This document shows positions 37,738 to 47,043 of a stretch of 64,000 nucleotides of DNA, piece by piece (position 1 is the stretch's first letter; the number at the start of each line of letters is the position of its first letter). Made by a program: the position numbers and the translations under genes. This DNA comes from Deltaproteobacteria bacterium. GTDB taxonomy: Bacteria; Myxococcota; UBA727; VGSZ01. A model generated the notes under the pieces. It was not told where the DNA came from. It was given only the letters and a program-made list of their open reading frames with translations, and did no database searches. The stretch is from assembly GCA_020850995.1 (NCBI GenBank), contig JADZDP010000177.1, forward strand, positions 4,712-68,711, given 5' to 3'.

Positions 37738-38009
37738 CGCCGTGCGAACGGTGCCCCTCGGTGCGCACACCGCCGCTCGCGCCGGCGGAGCCGGACGCGG
37801 CCGGCGCCGGGGCGTCGTACGTCTCGAACGTGCGCGTCCTGCAACGCGACGATGGACCAGCCCAGTAGCTCGGCTTCTCAGCTCGATTCACCCACCTATG
37901 GCCCTGGTGGCCGTGGCCGGTCTACGTTCACGACGCGGCGAGCCCCGCGGGGCGCCGATTCGCGCGCCGCTCGTCCAGAGAGCACACGCCCCGCGCAGAG
38001 GACCGGCTC

Positions 38010-39191
38010 ATGAAGAAGGCCACAGCCAGACTACGAGCGACCCGGTCGATCACGCTCTCTATCGCCAACTTCGCCCAGATCCGCAGTGTCGACCTCGCGC
38101 TTGGCGACCTGACCGTCCTTGTGGGTCCGCAAGGCGCAGGCAAGAGCCTCGCTCTACAGTGGCTCAAGGCGGGGATGGACGGGAAGCAGGTCATCGATGC
38201 GCTGCGCGCCGCCGGTCACCCCACCGAAAGATCCGACGTCGTCGTTGACCTCATCTTCGGCACCGGCATGGCACCGGCATGGCGGGCCGACTCGACCGTC
38301 ACTCTCGACGGAAAGACCATCACTCCGAAGGTACTGAGTCGTGTTGGAAACGGAGAGGAGCGCCTCTTCTTCATTCCTGCGCACCGCTCGATGCTGATTA
38401 GCGACGGCTGGGCGGCGCCCTTCCAAAAGCTCGGCTCCGACACCCCGGCAGTGGCGCGCCTCTTTAGCCAGAACCTCTTTGATCGCTTCAGCGGCAAGGA
38501 CGCGGGCACGCTCTTCCCCGTGGAGAAGCGCCTCAAGGCGGAGATCCGAAAACAGATCGACGACGCTGTCTTTCACGGTGGCAAGGTCGGAATCGCAGAG
38601 GATGCTCAGCATGCCCGTCGCCTCCGCCTCGCGCACGGGGACATGCACCTGCCGTTCATGACGTGGACTGCGGGCCAGCGCGAATTCACCCCACTCCTCC
38701 TCGCCCTCTATCACCTCCTCCCTTCGACCAAGCTGCGCAAGCGCAAAGGGACGGACTGGGTCGTTCTCGAGGAGCCGGAGATGGGACTTCACCCGCAAGC
38801 GATCACAGCTGTGATGCTGCTCGTCCTCGATCTCCTCTGGCGCGGCTACCGGGTCGTGATGTCGACTCACTCCCCGCACGTGCTGACCATGCTGTGGATG
38901 ATGCAGCGCCTCAAGGAGAACGCCGCTCGGTGGCAGCTCGTCTGCGAGGCCTTTGACGTGAAGGTACCGGCGCAGATGCGCAAGGTCGCGGAGGCCGCGC
39001 TCCAAAAAGACTACCGCGCCCACTTTCTGACATTCGGCAACGATGGGCATGTGACGTCGACGGAGATCACCGGTCTCGACCCATCTTCGGAGAACGAGGG
39101 CGAGGCCGAATGGGGCGGTCTCACGGGCTACTCGTCGCGTTTCGGTGACGTCGTGCGCAAGGCAGTGAACGAGGCCGAGAGTGGGCGCTAG
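38010..39191 (+). CDS. ABC-type (AAA_21/OLD-like) ATPase
   Basis: Walker A GPQGAGKS; Walker B/D-loop WVVLEEPEMGLHPQ; H-loop STHSPHVL; 393 aa. Codon usage and GC look visibly lower than the surrounding DNA. Confidence 0.7.
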   Translation: MKKATARLRATRSITLSIANFAQIRSVDLALGDLTVLVGPQGAGKSLALQWLKAGMDGKQVIDALRAAGHPTERSDVVVDLIFGTGMAPAWRADSTVTLDGKTITPKVLSRVGNGEERLFFIPAHRSMLISDGWAAPFQKLGSDTPAVARLFSQNLFDRFSGKDAGTLFPVEKRLKAEIRKQIDDAVFHGGKVGIAEDAQHARRLRLAHGDMHLPFMTWTAGQREFTPLLLALYHLLPSTKLRKRKGTDWVVLEEPEMGLHPQAITAVMLLVLDLLWRGYRVVMSTHSPHVLTMLWMMQRLKENAARWQLVCEAFDVKVPAQMRKVAEAALQKDYRAHFLTFGNDGHVTSTEITGLDPSSENEGEAEWGGLTGYSSRFGDVVRKAVNEAESGR

Positions 39192-39660
39192 CAAGGGCAG
39201 GAAGGCGACGCCCGTAAGGGCCGCGCTGGTCGACAACAGCCACCTGCTCAACCTCATTCAGGAAGGCCTCGGCGCGCTCAAGAGCTCGGACAAGGCCCTC
39301 ATCGCTGCCGAGCTCAAGTCCGCCTTCCTCGACAGCATCGACATCGACACAGGGCTCAGGGCGGGACACGATCAGGAGAATCGCTGGGACTACTTGCTAG
39401 GTCACGGGGCGAGAGAGGTTGTCGTTGCGCTCGAGACGCACGCAGCTCGCCAAGGAGAGATTCGCACGATCATCAGGAAGCGCCGCGCGGCGCTTGAACA
39501 GCTCAGGCCCCACCTGCGCGCCGGCTCCAAGATCACCGCGTGGTTCTGGGTTGCAACCGGCTCCGTCCGCTTTGCCGACACAGAGAAGGCCCCCCGCATA
39601 CTCGATCAGAATGGGATCACGTTCGTCGATAGGTGCCTCAAGGGGGCGCACCTCCGATGA
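39181..39660 (+). CDS. Small hypothetical protein (159 aa) coupled to the ABC ATPase; possible effector
   Basis: Overlaps the ATPase 3' end by 11 nt. No motif recognised with confidence (acidic-residue cluster ...VVVALETH...). Confidence 0.4.
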   Translation: MGASKGRKATPVRAALVDNSHLLNLIQEGLGALKSSDKALIAAELKSAFLDSIDIDTGLRAGHDQENRWDYLLGHGAREVVVALETHAARQGEIRTIIRKRRAALEQLRPHLRAGSKITAWFWVATGSVRFADTEKAPRILDQNGITFVDRCLKGAHLR

Positions 39661-39836
39661 GCGCCTCACCGCGGAGATCCGTTGCAGCCGTGGTCGACAC
39701 CTGTGGTCCTCGCCACAATCCTTGCGTCGCGTCCTTGCCACGCACCACGGACCACGCAGCCGCGGTGCTCCATGGGCTCCTGGCATGTCCCTGTGCCGGG
39801 CTCGATCACTGCGGTCGACCTTCGCAGTAGCGCCCG

Positions 39837-40706
39837 CTACCGAATGGTAAACGCCAGCAAGCCCGGCAAGCTGGTGGTGAACACGCCGGTCGCGTCGTCG
39901 AGCTGATGGAACCACACCTGCAGCCGCAGGGAGCAGGACGCGGCGCCGTCCTCGTCGTGAAACACGCCGGCGGGTTGGCAGTAGCTCACGAAGGGCATCT
40001 GGCGCGTCAGCTCGGTGCACACCTCGTTGGCGGCCTCGATGGCGTCGTCGCAGCGGGCGCTGTCCATGGCCTCGAGCGCGCGCGCGTCGTGGTGCACCAT
40101 CAGGTGGCTGCGCGGTCCCTCCCAGGCGTCGGCGTCGATGTCGGCGATGTTGGCGCGCGCGAACACCTCTTCCACAACGTGCTCGCAGCCCTGGAACTCC
40201 TCTTGGTTGCAGTTGGCGTCGCAGCCGTCCCACGACTCGTGGTTGCCGTCGTCGCACACCTCGCCGTCGTCGAGCGCGCCGTTGCCGCAGCTTGGCGCCG
40301 GGCCCACCAGCGGCGCGCCCGCGAAGTCGAGCACGTGCACGTCGTGGAGGGGGCCGGTGTCGCCGGGGCGCCAGACCTCGAAGCGCACGGCGCAGCGCGG
40401 CGTCACGTGCGCGTAGAAGAACGCGGTGGTGTAGCCGCACGAGCTCACCGTGCCGTCTTGGTAGAGCTCGCCGCACACCGCTGCGAGCTCTTGGTCCACG
40501 GCGTCGCAGCTGGCGGCGCTGACCTCGCCCTCGAGCGTGGCGTCGACCAGCTGGTGCACGCGGTACTCGAGCTCGCCGCTGCCGGGGCGCTCCGGCTCGG
40601 TGATGGCGCGCTTGACGACGCTGGCGAGCTCCCTGGTCTGTTCGGCCGGCGATTGGCCGCAGGCGGCGAGGGCACACACGAGGAGGGTGGGGGTGAGCTT
40701 GCGCAT
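39837..40706 (-). CDS. Lipoprotein with one Myxococcus cysteine-rich repeat
   Basis: Lipobox LVCALAAC; CGNGALDDGEVCDDGNHESWDGCDANC. Confidence 0.6.
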   Translation of the reverse strand: MRKLTPTLLVCALAACGQSPAEQTRELASVVKRAITEPERPGSGELEYRVHQLVDATLEGEVSAASCDAVDQELAAVCGELYQDGTVSSCGYTTAFFYAHVTPRCAVRFEVWRPGDTGPLHDVHVLDFAGAPLVGPAPSCGNGALDDGEVCDDGNHESWDGCDANCNQEEFQGCEHVVEEVFARANIADIDADAWEGPRSHLMVHHDARALEAMDSARCDDAIEAANEVCTELTRQMPFVSYCQPAGVFHDEDGAASCSLRLQVWFHQLDDATGVFTTSLPGLLAFTIR

Positions 40707-40838
40707 AGCGTGAGCCCCGGCAAGTCGCGTGCCGCGGGCCCGCGCCCGGCGCAGCGCAGCGTGGCGCAGTGCGACCCGAGTGGCGCCGCGCTCGCACCCG
40801 CGGAAATCCGCGATCCGGGCAGTCTGTCAGCAGCAGCG

Positions 40839-41876
40839 TCAGGGCGAGCGCCGCAAGAGCACGCCGCCGGTGAGCGGCAGCGTGTCGATGGAGCCGCCCA
40901 CCGCCCAGTAGGAGCCGTCCTCGCCGATGAAGCAGCCGTGCAGCGTGACGAACATGGGGAAGCCGAGCTCCTCGCCCACGAAGGCGCCTTGCTGGCGCGT
41001 GAGCACCATGCCGCTTTGGCCCACCACCAAGCCCTCGTCGCCGCGCAGGTGGACGCCGAAGAGCGAAGGCAAGGACGCACCGGCCGGCGTCACCTCTTGC
41101 CAGGGCGCGGCGTCGTCGCGGCCGCGGGCGAGGATGCGCCCTTGGTACGGACCGCCCACGGCCACGGCGCCCTCGTCGTCCAAGGCCACGGTGAACAGCG
41201 AGCTCTCCAAGTCGAAGGCCACCTCGGTGAGCGCGGCGCCGTCCCAGTGAAAGGTGCGGCCCTTGGTGCCGACGAGCCACACGTCGTCGGGGCCGCGGGC
41301 CGCCGCCTTCCACATCACGTAGTCGACGGTGGCCGTGGGCAGCGCCACCGCCTCCATGGGCCCGCCGCCTTGCGAGCGCCACACGAAGCCACCCGTGAGG
41401 CCGCCGATGCGCCCGCCGGCGGCCCACACGTCGTCACCCGTGGCGAGCACGCCAAAGACGATGAGCGCCTCGTTGTCTTGCCCCGTCACCGGCGTGGTCA
41501 GCTCTTCCACCACGGCCGCGCCGCTCGAGATGTCGATGCGCGCCACGCGTCCGAAGCTGCCCGACACGTACGCCACGTCGGCGCTCACGGGATCGACCCA
41601 CCACAGGTCGCCCTGCAGGTTCGCGTCGTAGGCCACGAACCCCCCGTCGTCGCTCGGGTCGTGATCGACGAGCAAGGTGGCGAAGGCCGGGCCCTCCACG
41701 CCGTCGGGGTCGCCGCCCACGGTCCACACCGCGCCGTCGCGCTCGCGGATGGAGAGCAGCGCGCCCGGCTCGGTCTCGCGCGCCATGCTCCACGTCGGCG
41801 CCGGCACGGGCACGCACTGCTCGCACGCGAGGCAGCACATCGGCAACGCCAGGAAGGCGAGCCCGCGTCCTCTCAC
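40839..41876 (-). CDS. Lipoprotein, beta-propeller-like repeats
   Basis: Lipobox-like PMCCLAC; repeated G..DDVW..G motifs. Confidence 0.45.
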   Translation of the reverse strand: MRGRGLAFLALPMCCLACEQCVPVPAPTWSMARETEPGALLSIRERDGAVWTVGGDPDGVEGPAFATLLVDHDPSDDGGFVAYDANLQGDLWWVDPVSADVAYVSGSFGRVARIDISSGAAVVEELTTPVTGQDNEALIVFGVLATGDDVWAAGGRIGGLTGGFVWRSQGGGPMEAVALPTATVDYVMWKAAARGPDDVWLVGTKGRTFHWDGAALTEVAFDLESSLFTVALDDEGAVAVGGPYQGRILARGRDDAAPWQEVTPAGASLPSLFGVHLRGDEGLVVGQSGMVLTRQQGAFVGEELGFPMFVTLHGCFIGEDGSYWAVGGSIDTLPLTGGVLLRRSP

Positions 41877-42391
41877 TGCAGGCTCGCGAACACGACATCG
41901 ATGGACGCGCTGGCCGCGGCGCCGTTCTCATCACTCACGTCGACGGCGAGGGTCACGGGGCGGCCCGCCAAGCTCTCGGGCGTGTCTTCACGGGCGGGGT
42001 CGAGCCCGAACACCACGTTGGTCACCAGGCCGTAGCTGTTCTCGATGCAGTAGATGCTGGCGCCGAGCGGGAAGTCTCCCAGGAGCTCGGCGGCGCCGGC
42101 CTCGTCGGTGCCGGTGATGCGCACCTCGGTCGAGACGCTGCGCGGGAAGATGATCATGGTCTCGTGCGCCGACATGCCGAGCGTGCGCAAGGTCGCCATC
42201 ACGCCGTTGCCGCCTTGCGGGGCGAAGCCGAGCACCACCTCGTCACCGCTCTCGAAGGGCTCGAATTCGCTGCTGCCCACCAAGCGCCCGATCTCCACCG
42301 AGGGGCTCTGCTGCGACATGCAGGGGTCGTCGCAGCCCGCGAGCGAGATCACAGCGAGCACGGCGATGGCGACGAGGATGGTGCGCGGCAT
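41873..42391 (-). CDS. Small lipoprotein
   Basis: Lipobox VISLAGC; 4-nt overlap with the downstream gene. Confidence 0.45.
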   Translation of the reverse strand: MPRTILVAIAVLAVISLAGCDDPCMSQQSPSVEIGRLVGSSEFEPFESGDEVVLGFAPQGGNGVMATLRTLGMSAHETMIIFPRSVSTEVRITGTDEAGAAELLGDFPLGASIYCIENSYGLVTNVVFGLDPAREDTPESLAGRPVTLAVDVSDENGAAASASIDVVFASLQ

Positions 42392-42426
42392 GCAGGCTCA
42401 CCGTACCAGAAGCGTGCCAACCAACA

Positions 42427-43332
42427 TCACTTGCTCTCTGGCGAGAGCGGCGAGGCGATCTTGACGCTGCGGCGGATCTTGCGGACGTTGGCATGTGCGT
42501 CGACGGCGATGACCTCGGTGTAGCTGGTGTCGGGGTCCACCGCGACCTCCTTCTCGAAGTTGCCGAACATGTCCACCGGCACCTCGCGGCCGTCCACCGT
42601 CAGTTTTGCCGCGTCCTTGACCTTGCCGCGCACGACGGCCTTGTCATAGCTCGGCACCTGCACCTCGACCTCGAGCTCGGGCGGCGTGGTGTCGAGCGTC
42701 ACCTTGATCTCCACGGTGGCGGCGTTGCCGGCGTGATCGATGGCCTTGACGCTGATGCTGCTCTCGCCCTCGGGCAGGTCGCGCACCGCCGCCCGGTAGT
42801 AGTCGCCGTCTTTGCCGGCGCTCTCCTCGCCCACGTCGACCTCGGCGGTGTCGACGTCGGGCACGCGCACCGTCACGTTGACCACGGGTTCGGTCACCAC
42901 CAGGTTCGGCGCGGGCTCGAGCACCTCGATGCTCGGGGCCTTGTTGTCGAAGCCGCGGTAACTCAGCCGCACCTCGGCGCGCTGGGCCTCGAGCCCGGGG
43001 TGCGGCAGCTGCTGGATGTGCCAGCGCAGCACCCCGAGCGAGCCGCGGTAGCCGAAGACGTAGCGCGCCTCGGGCGAAGGCGGCGGTGGCGGCGCGGGTG
43101 CGTCGTCTTTGCCCTTGCGCTTCTTCTTGGCGCTGGCCGTTGGCGGGGCTGCGTCGTCCACCATGCGGCAGTCGCTCACGCCCTCGATGGCGCACAGCCG
43201 CTCGCGTAGCTCGGCGCGCTCGTCGGGGCGCAGGCCCACCACCACCAGCTCGAGCAAGAGCGGCGGATCGTCGACGCGCGGGGTGGCGCACGCGCAGAGC
43301 AGCAGGACCGCGAGCACGGCGCGCATCAGCAC
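42427..43332 (-). CDS. Lipoprotein with Ig-like beta-sandwich repeats
   Basis: Lipobox LLCAC; Lys-rich linker; tandem V..V.V.V. beta-strand patterning. Confidence 0.45.
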   Translation of the reverse strand: MLMRAVLAVLLLCACATPRVDDPPLLLELVVVGLRPDERAELRERLCAIEGVSDCRMVDDAAPPTASAKKKRKGKDDAPAPPPPPSPEARYVFGYRGSLGVLRWHIQQLPHPGLEAQRAEVRLSYRGFDNKAPSIEVLEPAPNLVVTEPVVNVTVRVPDVDTAEVDVGEESAGKDGDYYRAAVRDLPEGESSISVKAIDHAGNAATVEIKVTLDTTPPELEVEVQVPSYDKAVVRGKVKDAAKLTVDGREVPVDMFGNFEKEVAVDPDTSYTEVIAVDAHANVRKIRRSVKIASPLSPESK

Positions 43333-43344
43333 CCTCAGCTCCCC

Positions 43345-44925
43345 TCAGTGGCCCGTCAGCTTGATGTTGGCCTTGTCGAGCATCATCTTGAAGCTGGTGC
43401 GATCGACGGACTTCGCGAACGCGTCGTCGGGCGCGACCACGCCCTCCCTGACGTGCGCGAACAAGGCGTCGTTGAGGGTCTGCATGCCGATCTGCTTTTG
43501 CGTTTGCATCATGCTCGGGATCTGGAAGGTCTTGCCCTCGCGGATCAGGTTGGCCACCGCGGTGTTGCACACCAGGATCTCGAGCGCGGCCACGCGCCCG
43601 CCCCCTACCTTCTTGCACAGCGTCTGCGCGATCACGCCCTTGAGCGACTCCGACAGCATCATGCGCACCTGCTCCTGCCGGTCGGTGGGGAACTGATCGA
43701 TGATGCGGTCGATGGTCGACACCGCCGTGGTCGTGTGCAGCGTGCCAAACACCAGGTGGCCGGTCTCGGCGGTCTCGATGGCGATGCCCACGGTCTCGAG
43801 GTCGCGCATCTCGCCCACCAGCACGATGTCGGGGTCTTCGCGCAGGGCCGCGCGCAGCGCCGCCGAGAAGCTCATGGTGTCGACGTGCACCTCGCGCTGG
43901 TTCACCAGGCAGCTCTTGGTCTCGTGCACGAATTCGACAGGGTCTTCGATGGTGATGATGTGGTCGGTGCGCGAGCGGTTGATCCAGTCGACCATGGCCG
44001 CGAGCGTCGTCGACTTGCCCGAGCCCGTGGGCCCGGTGACGACGACGAGCCCCTTGTGCAGCGAGCAGAAGTCCTTGACCACGTTCGGCAGCTTGAGGTC
44101 CTCGAAGGTCAGGATCTTCGAGGGGATGACGCGCAACACGCCAGACACACCGCGCCGATCCTTGAAGGCGTTGACGCGGAAGCGCGCGATGCCGGGCAGC
44201 TCGTAGGCGTAGTCGGCGTCGTTGCTCTTCTCGAACTTCTCGCGCGCGGCCAGCGGTGCCACCTCCATCAACATGGCGCGGATGGCGTCGGACGACAGCG
44301 TTGCCTCGAAGCCAGGGACGAGGCTGATGTCGCCGTCTTTGCGCATGCGCGGCTGCATGTTGGCGGTGATGTGCAGGTCCGAGGCCTTGTTCTGCACCAG
44401 CGCATGCAGCAGCGGATCGATCTGCTTGCGTGCGCCAGCGGCCATCGCCGGCGCGGGCGTGGGCGGCGCCGCCGCGACCAGCGGCTGAGGCGGGGCCTCG
44501 GGCGGCGCGGGCGGCGCGGGCGGCGCGGGCGTGGGCGGCGCTGGGCGCGCGGCAGCCGGCGGCGGCGGCGCGGGCGGCGGCGGCGTCGACGGCGTGGGTG
44601 GGGAGGGCGTCACAGTCGCGCCGGCCTGCGCCGGCCGGATGAGCGCATCGAGGCGCCCCTGGTAGCGGCGCAGGTGCGCGGTCACCGGGCCGCCGGCGTC
44701 GAAGGTGAAGGTGGCGTCGCCGTCGCTGGTGAAGCCGTAGTCGACCTCGGGCGGCACCACGTCTTTGAGGATGGCCTGGATCTGATCTGCGCGCACCGGC
44801 TGGGCCAAGAGCACCTTCATCTGCTGGCCGCTGCGCAGCCGGATGGGCTGCCCGGTGACGAACAGGATCTCCTCCCCCTCTCCTCGACGAACCGCGGCGA
44901 TGAAGCGATCGATGGGACGCAGCAT
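43345..44925 (-). CDS. pilT: PilT-family (type IV pilus retraction-like) ATPase with ~120-aa N-terminal extension and Pro/Ala-rich linker
   Basis: Walker A GPTGSGKSTT; PilT motifs DIVLVGEMRD and GHLVFGTLHT. Start trimmed to M92 of the table ORF (MLRPIDRF...). Confidence 0.8.
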   Translation of the reverse strand: MLRPIDRFIAAVRRGEGEEILFVTGQPIRLRSGQQMKVLLAQPVRADQIQAILKDVVPPEVDYGFTSDGDATFTFDAGGPVTAHLRRYQGRLDALIRPAQAGATVTPSPPTPSTPPPPAPPPPAAARPAPPTPAPPAPPAPPEAPPQPLVAAAPPTPAPAMAAGARKQIDPLLHALVQNKASDLHITANMQPRMRKDGDISLVPGFEATLSSDAIRAMLMEVAPLAAREKFEKSNDADYAYELPGIARFRVNAFKDRRGVSGVLRVIPSKILTFEDLKLPNVVKDFCSLHKGLVVVTGPTGSGKSTTLAAMVDWINRSRTDHIITIEDPVEFVHETKSCLVNQREVHVDTMSFSAALRAALREDPDIVLVGEMRDLETVGIAIETAETGHLVFGTLHTTTAVSTIDRIIDQFPTDRQEQVRMMLSESLKGVIAQTLCKKVGGGRVAALEILVCNTAVANLIREGKTFQIPSMMQTQKQIGMQTLNDALFAHVREGVVAPDDAFAKSVDRTSFKMMLDKANIKLTGH

Positions 44926-45416
44926 CAGCGCTTCTCCTCGAGCGGCACGACCGTGAGGATCGAGGTCGAGCTCAACAGGTAGACGTGATCGTCGGTGCGC
45001 AAGGGGAAGAAGGACTCGAGCTTCTCGAGATAGTCGCCGAGCCGATTGGTGGGGGAGGGCATCGCGTAGCGGACGCTGCCTTCCACGCGCGTGCCGTCTG
45101 CCATGGTGACCAACACCCGCGCCACCGACGAGGCCTCGCTGTCCTCCGCCTCGGCGTCGAGCTCGTCGATGGCGGCGAGCAGGTCGAGGCGCGCCCACGC
45201 CAGGTGGCGCGTGGCCACGAACACCACGCGCTCGGCGGTCTTGAGCGGCACGAACCAGCGCTGCGCGAGCACGTCGAGCAGGCGCTCGCCGCGGTCCTCG
45301 TCGCCCCTGGGACGCAGGAACACCTCGCCGCGCAACAGCTCGCCGCGCGTGGTGGCCATCTCGACCGCGACGGTCTCTTTCCTGATGATCAGCCCGGCAT
45401 CATTGGTGTCGCTCAC
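44925..45416 (-). CDS. Hypothetical protein immediately upstream of and overlapping the PilT-like gene start
   Basis: 163-aa ORF; its stop overlaps the pilT-like start; no domain recognised. Confidence 0.4.
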   Translation of the reverse strand: MSDTNDAGLIIRKETVAVEMATTRGELLRGEVFLRPRGDEDRGERLLDVLAQRWFVPLKTAERVVFVATRHLAWARLDLLAAIDELDAEAEDSEASSVARVLVTMADGTRVEGSVRYAMPSPTNRLGDYLEKLESFFPLRTDDHVYLLSSTSILTVVPLEEKR

Positions 45417-45493
45417 CGTGGCCTCCGACGTAGGCTTCCTACCTCGGATCGACCGAGCGGCGGAAGCTCGGCGCGACGGGCTATACTGCAGCG

Positions 45494-46591
45494 GTGCGCC
45501 TCCTCCCGCTCGCTGCGCTCTCGTGCTGCGCCCTCGTGCTCTCCTGCGAGAGCGTGGTGGGGGTCGGCGACGCCTGCGACGACGATGGCGACTGCCGCAC
45601 CATCTGCGTCGACGGCTACTGCACCATCATCGAGGGCGAGGGGGAAGGCGAGGGCGAGGGGGAAGGAGAAGGCGACGGGGAAGGAGAAGGCGACGGGGAA
45701 GGTGAGGGCGAGGGGGAAGGCGAAGGTGAAGGTGAAGGTGAGGGCGAGGGGGAAGGAGAAGGCGAGGGGGAAGGCGAGGGCGAGCCCTTCGTGGCACGCA
45801 GTTGCCAAGAGCTGCTCGCGTACGACGCAGGCACGGTGAACGGCAGCTACCCCTTCGACTTCGACGGCGACGGCGCCTACGACGACCTCGACGGCGACGG
45901 CCTCGACGTGAACGACGTGGTCCCCTGCGAGATGGCGCGCGCCGGCGGCGGCTGGACCAACGTGGTGCGCCTGAGCGACATCGCCGCCTGCCCTGGCGAC
46001 TGGCAGCTCATCGTCGCCACCAACTTCTCGGGGTGCCAGCGCAACCAGGGCGGCGCGGGGACGCGCTCGGCGACCTTCAGCCCGCGCGTGCCCTGGACCG
46101 ACGTGCGCGGCGGCGCCACCGCCATCGTCTACGGCGACGGCGACGCCTTCAACGACGAGCAGGGGCGCTCCATCGACTCGTACTACGTCGATGGCGTCAG
46201 CGTGACCACCGCAGCGCCACGGCAACACCTGTTCACCTTGGTGGCCGGTCACCCCGAAGACGCGCCGTCTTCCGACTGCCCGTGCAACGGCGGTCAGCCG
46301 CCGCCCGCCTTCGTCGAGGACAACTTCGCGTGCGACGAGCCTGGGCCCGACTGTCGACCCGGCGGCGGGCGCGCGTGGGGACCAGCAGATCCGCTCTGGG
46401 ACGCCACCTGGGACGGCGTCGACACCATGTGCCTGCCCGCCGACGCGGCCAAGATCGACGGGGGCCTCTTCGTGCGCACCGGCGTCAACGCGACGCCCGC
46501 GGCCACCGCCATCGAGGTGCGCATCAGCCACGACCAGGGCTCGAGCGACGAGGACCTGGCCATCACGGCGCTGGAGCTGTGGGTGCGCTGA
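45494..46591 (+). CDS. Secreted lipoprotein with (GE)n linker; C-terminal domain with GGGWT motif
   Basis: GTG start; lipobox ALVLSC; 60-residue (E/D)G array; GGGWTNVVRL is reminiscent of fibrinogen-related domains (weak). Confidence 0.55.
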   Translation: MRLLPLAALSCCALVLSCESVVGVGDACDDDGDCRTICVDGYCTIIEGEGEGEGEGEGEGDGEGEGDGEGEGEGEGEGEGEGEGEGEGEGEGEGEGEPFVARSCQELLAYDAGTVNGSYPFDFDGDGAYDDLDGDGLDVNDVVPCEMARAGGGWTNVVRLSDIAACPGDWQLIVATNFSGCQRNQGGAGTRSATFSPRVPWTDVRGGATAIVYGDGDAFNDEQGRSIDSYYVDGVSVTTAAPRQHLFTLVAGHPEDAPSSDCPCNGGQPPPAFVEDNFACDEPGPDCRPGGGRAWGPADPLWDATWDGVDTMCLPADAAKIDGGLFVRTGVNATPAATAIEVRISHDQGSSDEDLAITALELWVR

Positions 46592-46603
46592 GACGCGCGC
46601 GCG

Positions 46604-46897
46604 TCAGTAGCGCCCGCCGCCGCCGCCGCCGCCGCGCGGACGATCCTCGCGCGGCCGCGCGATGCTCACCTGCAGGTTGCGCCCCTCGAAGGGCTTGCCG
46701 TCGAGGCCACCGATGGCGGCCTGGGCCTGCTCGGGAGTGCCCATCTCCACGAAGGCGAAGCCGCGGGAGCGGCCGGTGTCGCGGTCGGTGACGACGTTCG
46801 CCTGGCTCACCGTGCCGAACGGCGAGAACAGGTTCGTGAGATCGGCGTCGGTGACCTTGAAGGGCAGGTTGCCCACGTAGAGGCGGTTGTTGGACAT
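46604..46897 (-). CDS. RRM-type RNA-binding protein with Gly-rich tail
   Basis: RNP-2 LYVGNLPF and RNP-1 RGFAFVEM; C-terminal RPRGGGGGGGRY. Confidence 0.8.
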   Translation of the reverse strand: MSNNRLYVGNLPFKVTDADLTNLFSPFGTVSQANVVTDRDTGRSRGFAFVEMGTPEQAQAAIGGLDGKPFEGRNLQVSIARPREDRPRGGGGGGGRY

Positions 46898-47043
46898 GGC
46901 GTGACTCCCCGCGTGGGAGCTTCCCTGCATTGGGCGCTCATTTCAACTCGCGGCGGCCCGCCGGCGCGCGGCCGCGCCAAAGGGGGCCGCTCCCCGCTAG
47001 AGAGCGGCAACGGGCCGGGGCATCCCTGGCCGTGCTTGAGGTG

